Shown: one piece after another, positions 63,364 through 64,000 of the stretch
How the letters are laid out: each line of letters starts with the position of its first letter
Numbering within the stretch: position 1 is the first letter of the stretch
From: a virus
IMG/VR virus record: IMGVR_UViG_3300031669_000002
Location: 96,001 to 160,000 of that record
Reading direction: 5' to 3' (one strand)
Length of the DNA stretch: 64,000 nucleotides
Translations under genes and position numbers: made by a program
The notes under the pieces: model-generated
Databases searched by the model: none
Told to the model about the DNA's origin: nothing
What the model saw: the letters and a program-made list of their open reading frames with translations, nothing else

Positions 63364-63437
63364 GCGGGATTCGTATATGGGTATTACCTGAGTTTTCCAA
63401 ACTCATGAAGGGAGTTCGACTCTCCCATCCCGCTCCA
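63364..63437 (+). tRNA. tRNA-Gly(UCC)
   Basis: Cloverleaf, U73, CCA. Confidence 0.92.
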
Positions 63438-63457
63438 AACACATAAAGGAGAAAATC

Positions 63458-63607
63458 ATGCATGACTTCGCAGATAAAATAATGGTTTCCGCCCTAGTGG
63501 TAATGCTTATTCCCTTAGTTACATATCTTTGCTACATAATCATAACTGGAAAAGAAGTTATTGATGATGGCAACGATATGGAGGGCGATAGTATATACGC
63601 AATATAA
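63458..63607 (+). CDS. Small membrane protein (49 aa)
   Basis: AAGGAG RBS; hydrophobic IMVSALVVMLIPLVTYLCYIII segment. Confidence 0.6.
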   Translation: MHDFADKIMVSALVVMLIPLVTYLCYIIITGKEVIDDGNDMEGDSIYAI

Positions 63608-63654
63608 AAATTATGGAGCTTGACTTTTGATCGTCGATGTGCTAATATTTAATA

Positions 63655-64000
63655 ATGTATAAGTGTTTATATTGTCAAAAAGAATTCAGAAATGCTGGAG
63701 GATTAGGTTCTCATCATCCTTACTGTAAGCAAAATCCTGTTCGTGTGAAAAGAGTAAAGTCTCCAAATGCACATAAGAGAAAAGGTTCAGCAGCCTGGAA
63801 TAAAGGGCTAACAACTCCTCAAGAAGTCAGAGACAAAATATCCCAGTCGTTGATAGGAGTATCAACCGGCAAAGGTTCTACTCCGGAAATAGAAGCAGAA
63901 CGAATTAGAAAAGTTACAGAAAAAGCAAAATTGCACAACGGCGGCCACAGACAGGGGTCTGGTCGAGGGAAGAAGGGCTGGTATAAAGGATTTTTCTGCG
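63655..64000 (+). CDS. Zn-finger homing endonuclease (probably TnsA-like), 3'-truncated by the window
   Basis: MYKCLYC...SHH.YCKQNP resembles the N-terminus of 57520; GSGRGKKGWYKG. Confidence 0.6.
   Translation, partial: MYKCLYCQKEFRNAGGLGSHHPYCKQNPVRVKRVKSPNAHKRKGSAAWNKGLTTPQEVRDKISQSLIGVSTGKGSTPEIEAERIRKVTEKAKLHNGGHRQGSGRGKKGWYKGFFC

Overview
This window is part of a large, AT-rich, T4-related jumbo myophage genome read in the standard genetic code. No CRISPR array, rRNA or integrase was found. Bases 1-44.8 kb are a late morphogenesis block: a >3,270-aa baseplate/tail-associated protein, tail-fibre-like genes, gp15/gp14/gp13-like neck and tail-completion genes, tail sheath, tail tube, gp4-like head-completion nuclease, probable small terminase, several Glu-rich putative internal head proteins and a large terminase. 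Bases 45-51.2 kb carry gp32-like SSB, UvsX/RecA and UvsY. Bases 51.3-64 kb are an RNA-gene island with about 34 tRNA genes (some degenerate), several tRNA-like mini-RNAs and unexplained structured non-coding elements. About 16 free-standing homing-endonuclease-like genes (HEGs) are scattered from 15 kb onward, most with their own NTAAATA late promoter. The strongest leads are: (1) the large terminase is broken into three genes by two atypically split inteins, and in both cases the HEG late promoter CATAAATAA supplies the splitting stop codon; (2) tRNA-Leu(UAA) carries a 32-nt mini-intron at the group I site but has no ribozyme core; (3) a 51-codon leader containing all 20 amino acids is coupled to an antiterminator/terminator switch upstream of the tRNA island; (4) there are anticodon-hairpin mini-RNAs, armless G3-U70 mini-tRNAs and long-variable-arm UUU/UAU tRNAs. 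All calls come from motif recognition and manual folding; no database search was run.
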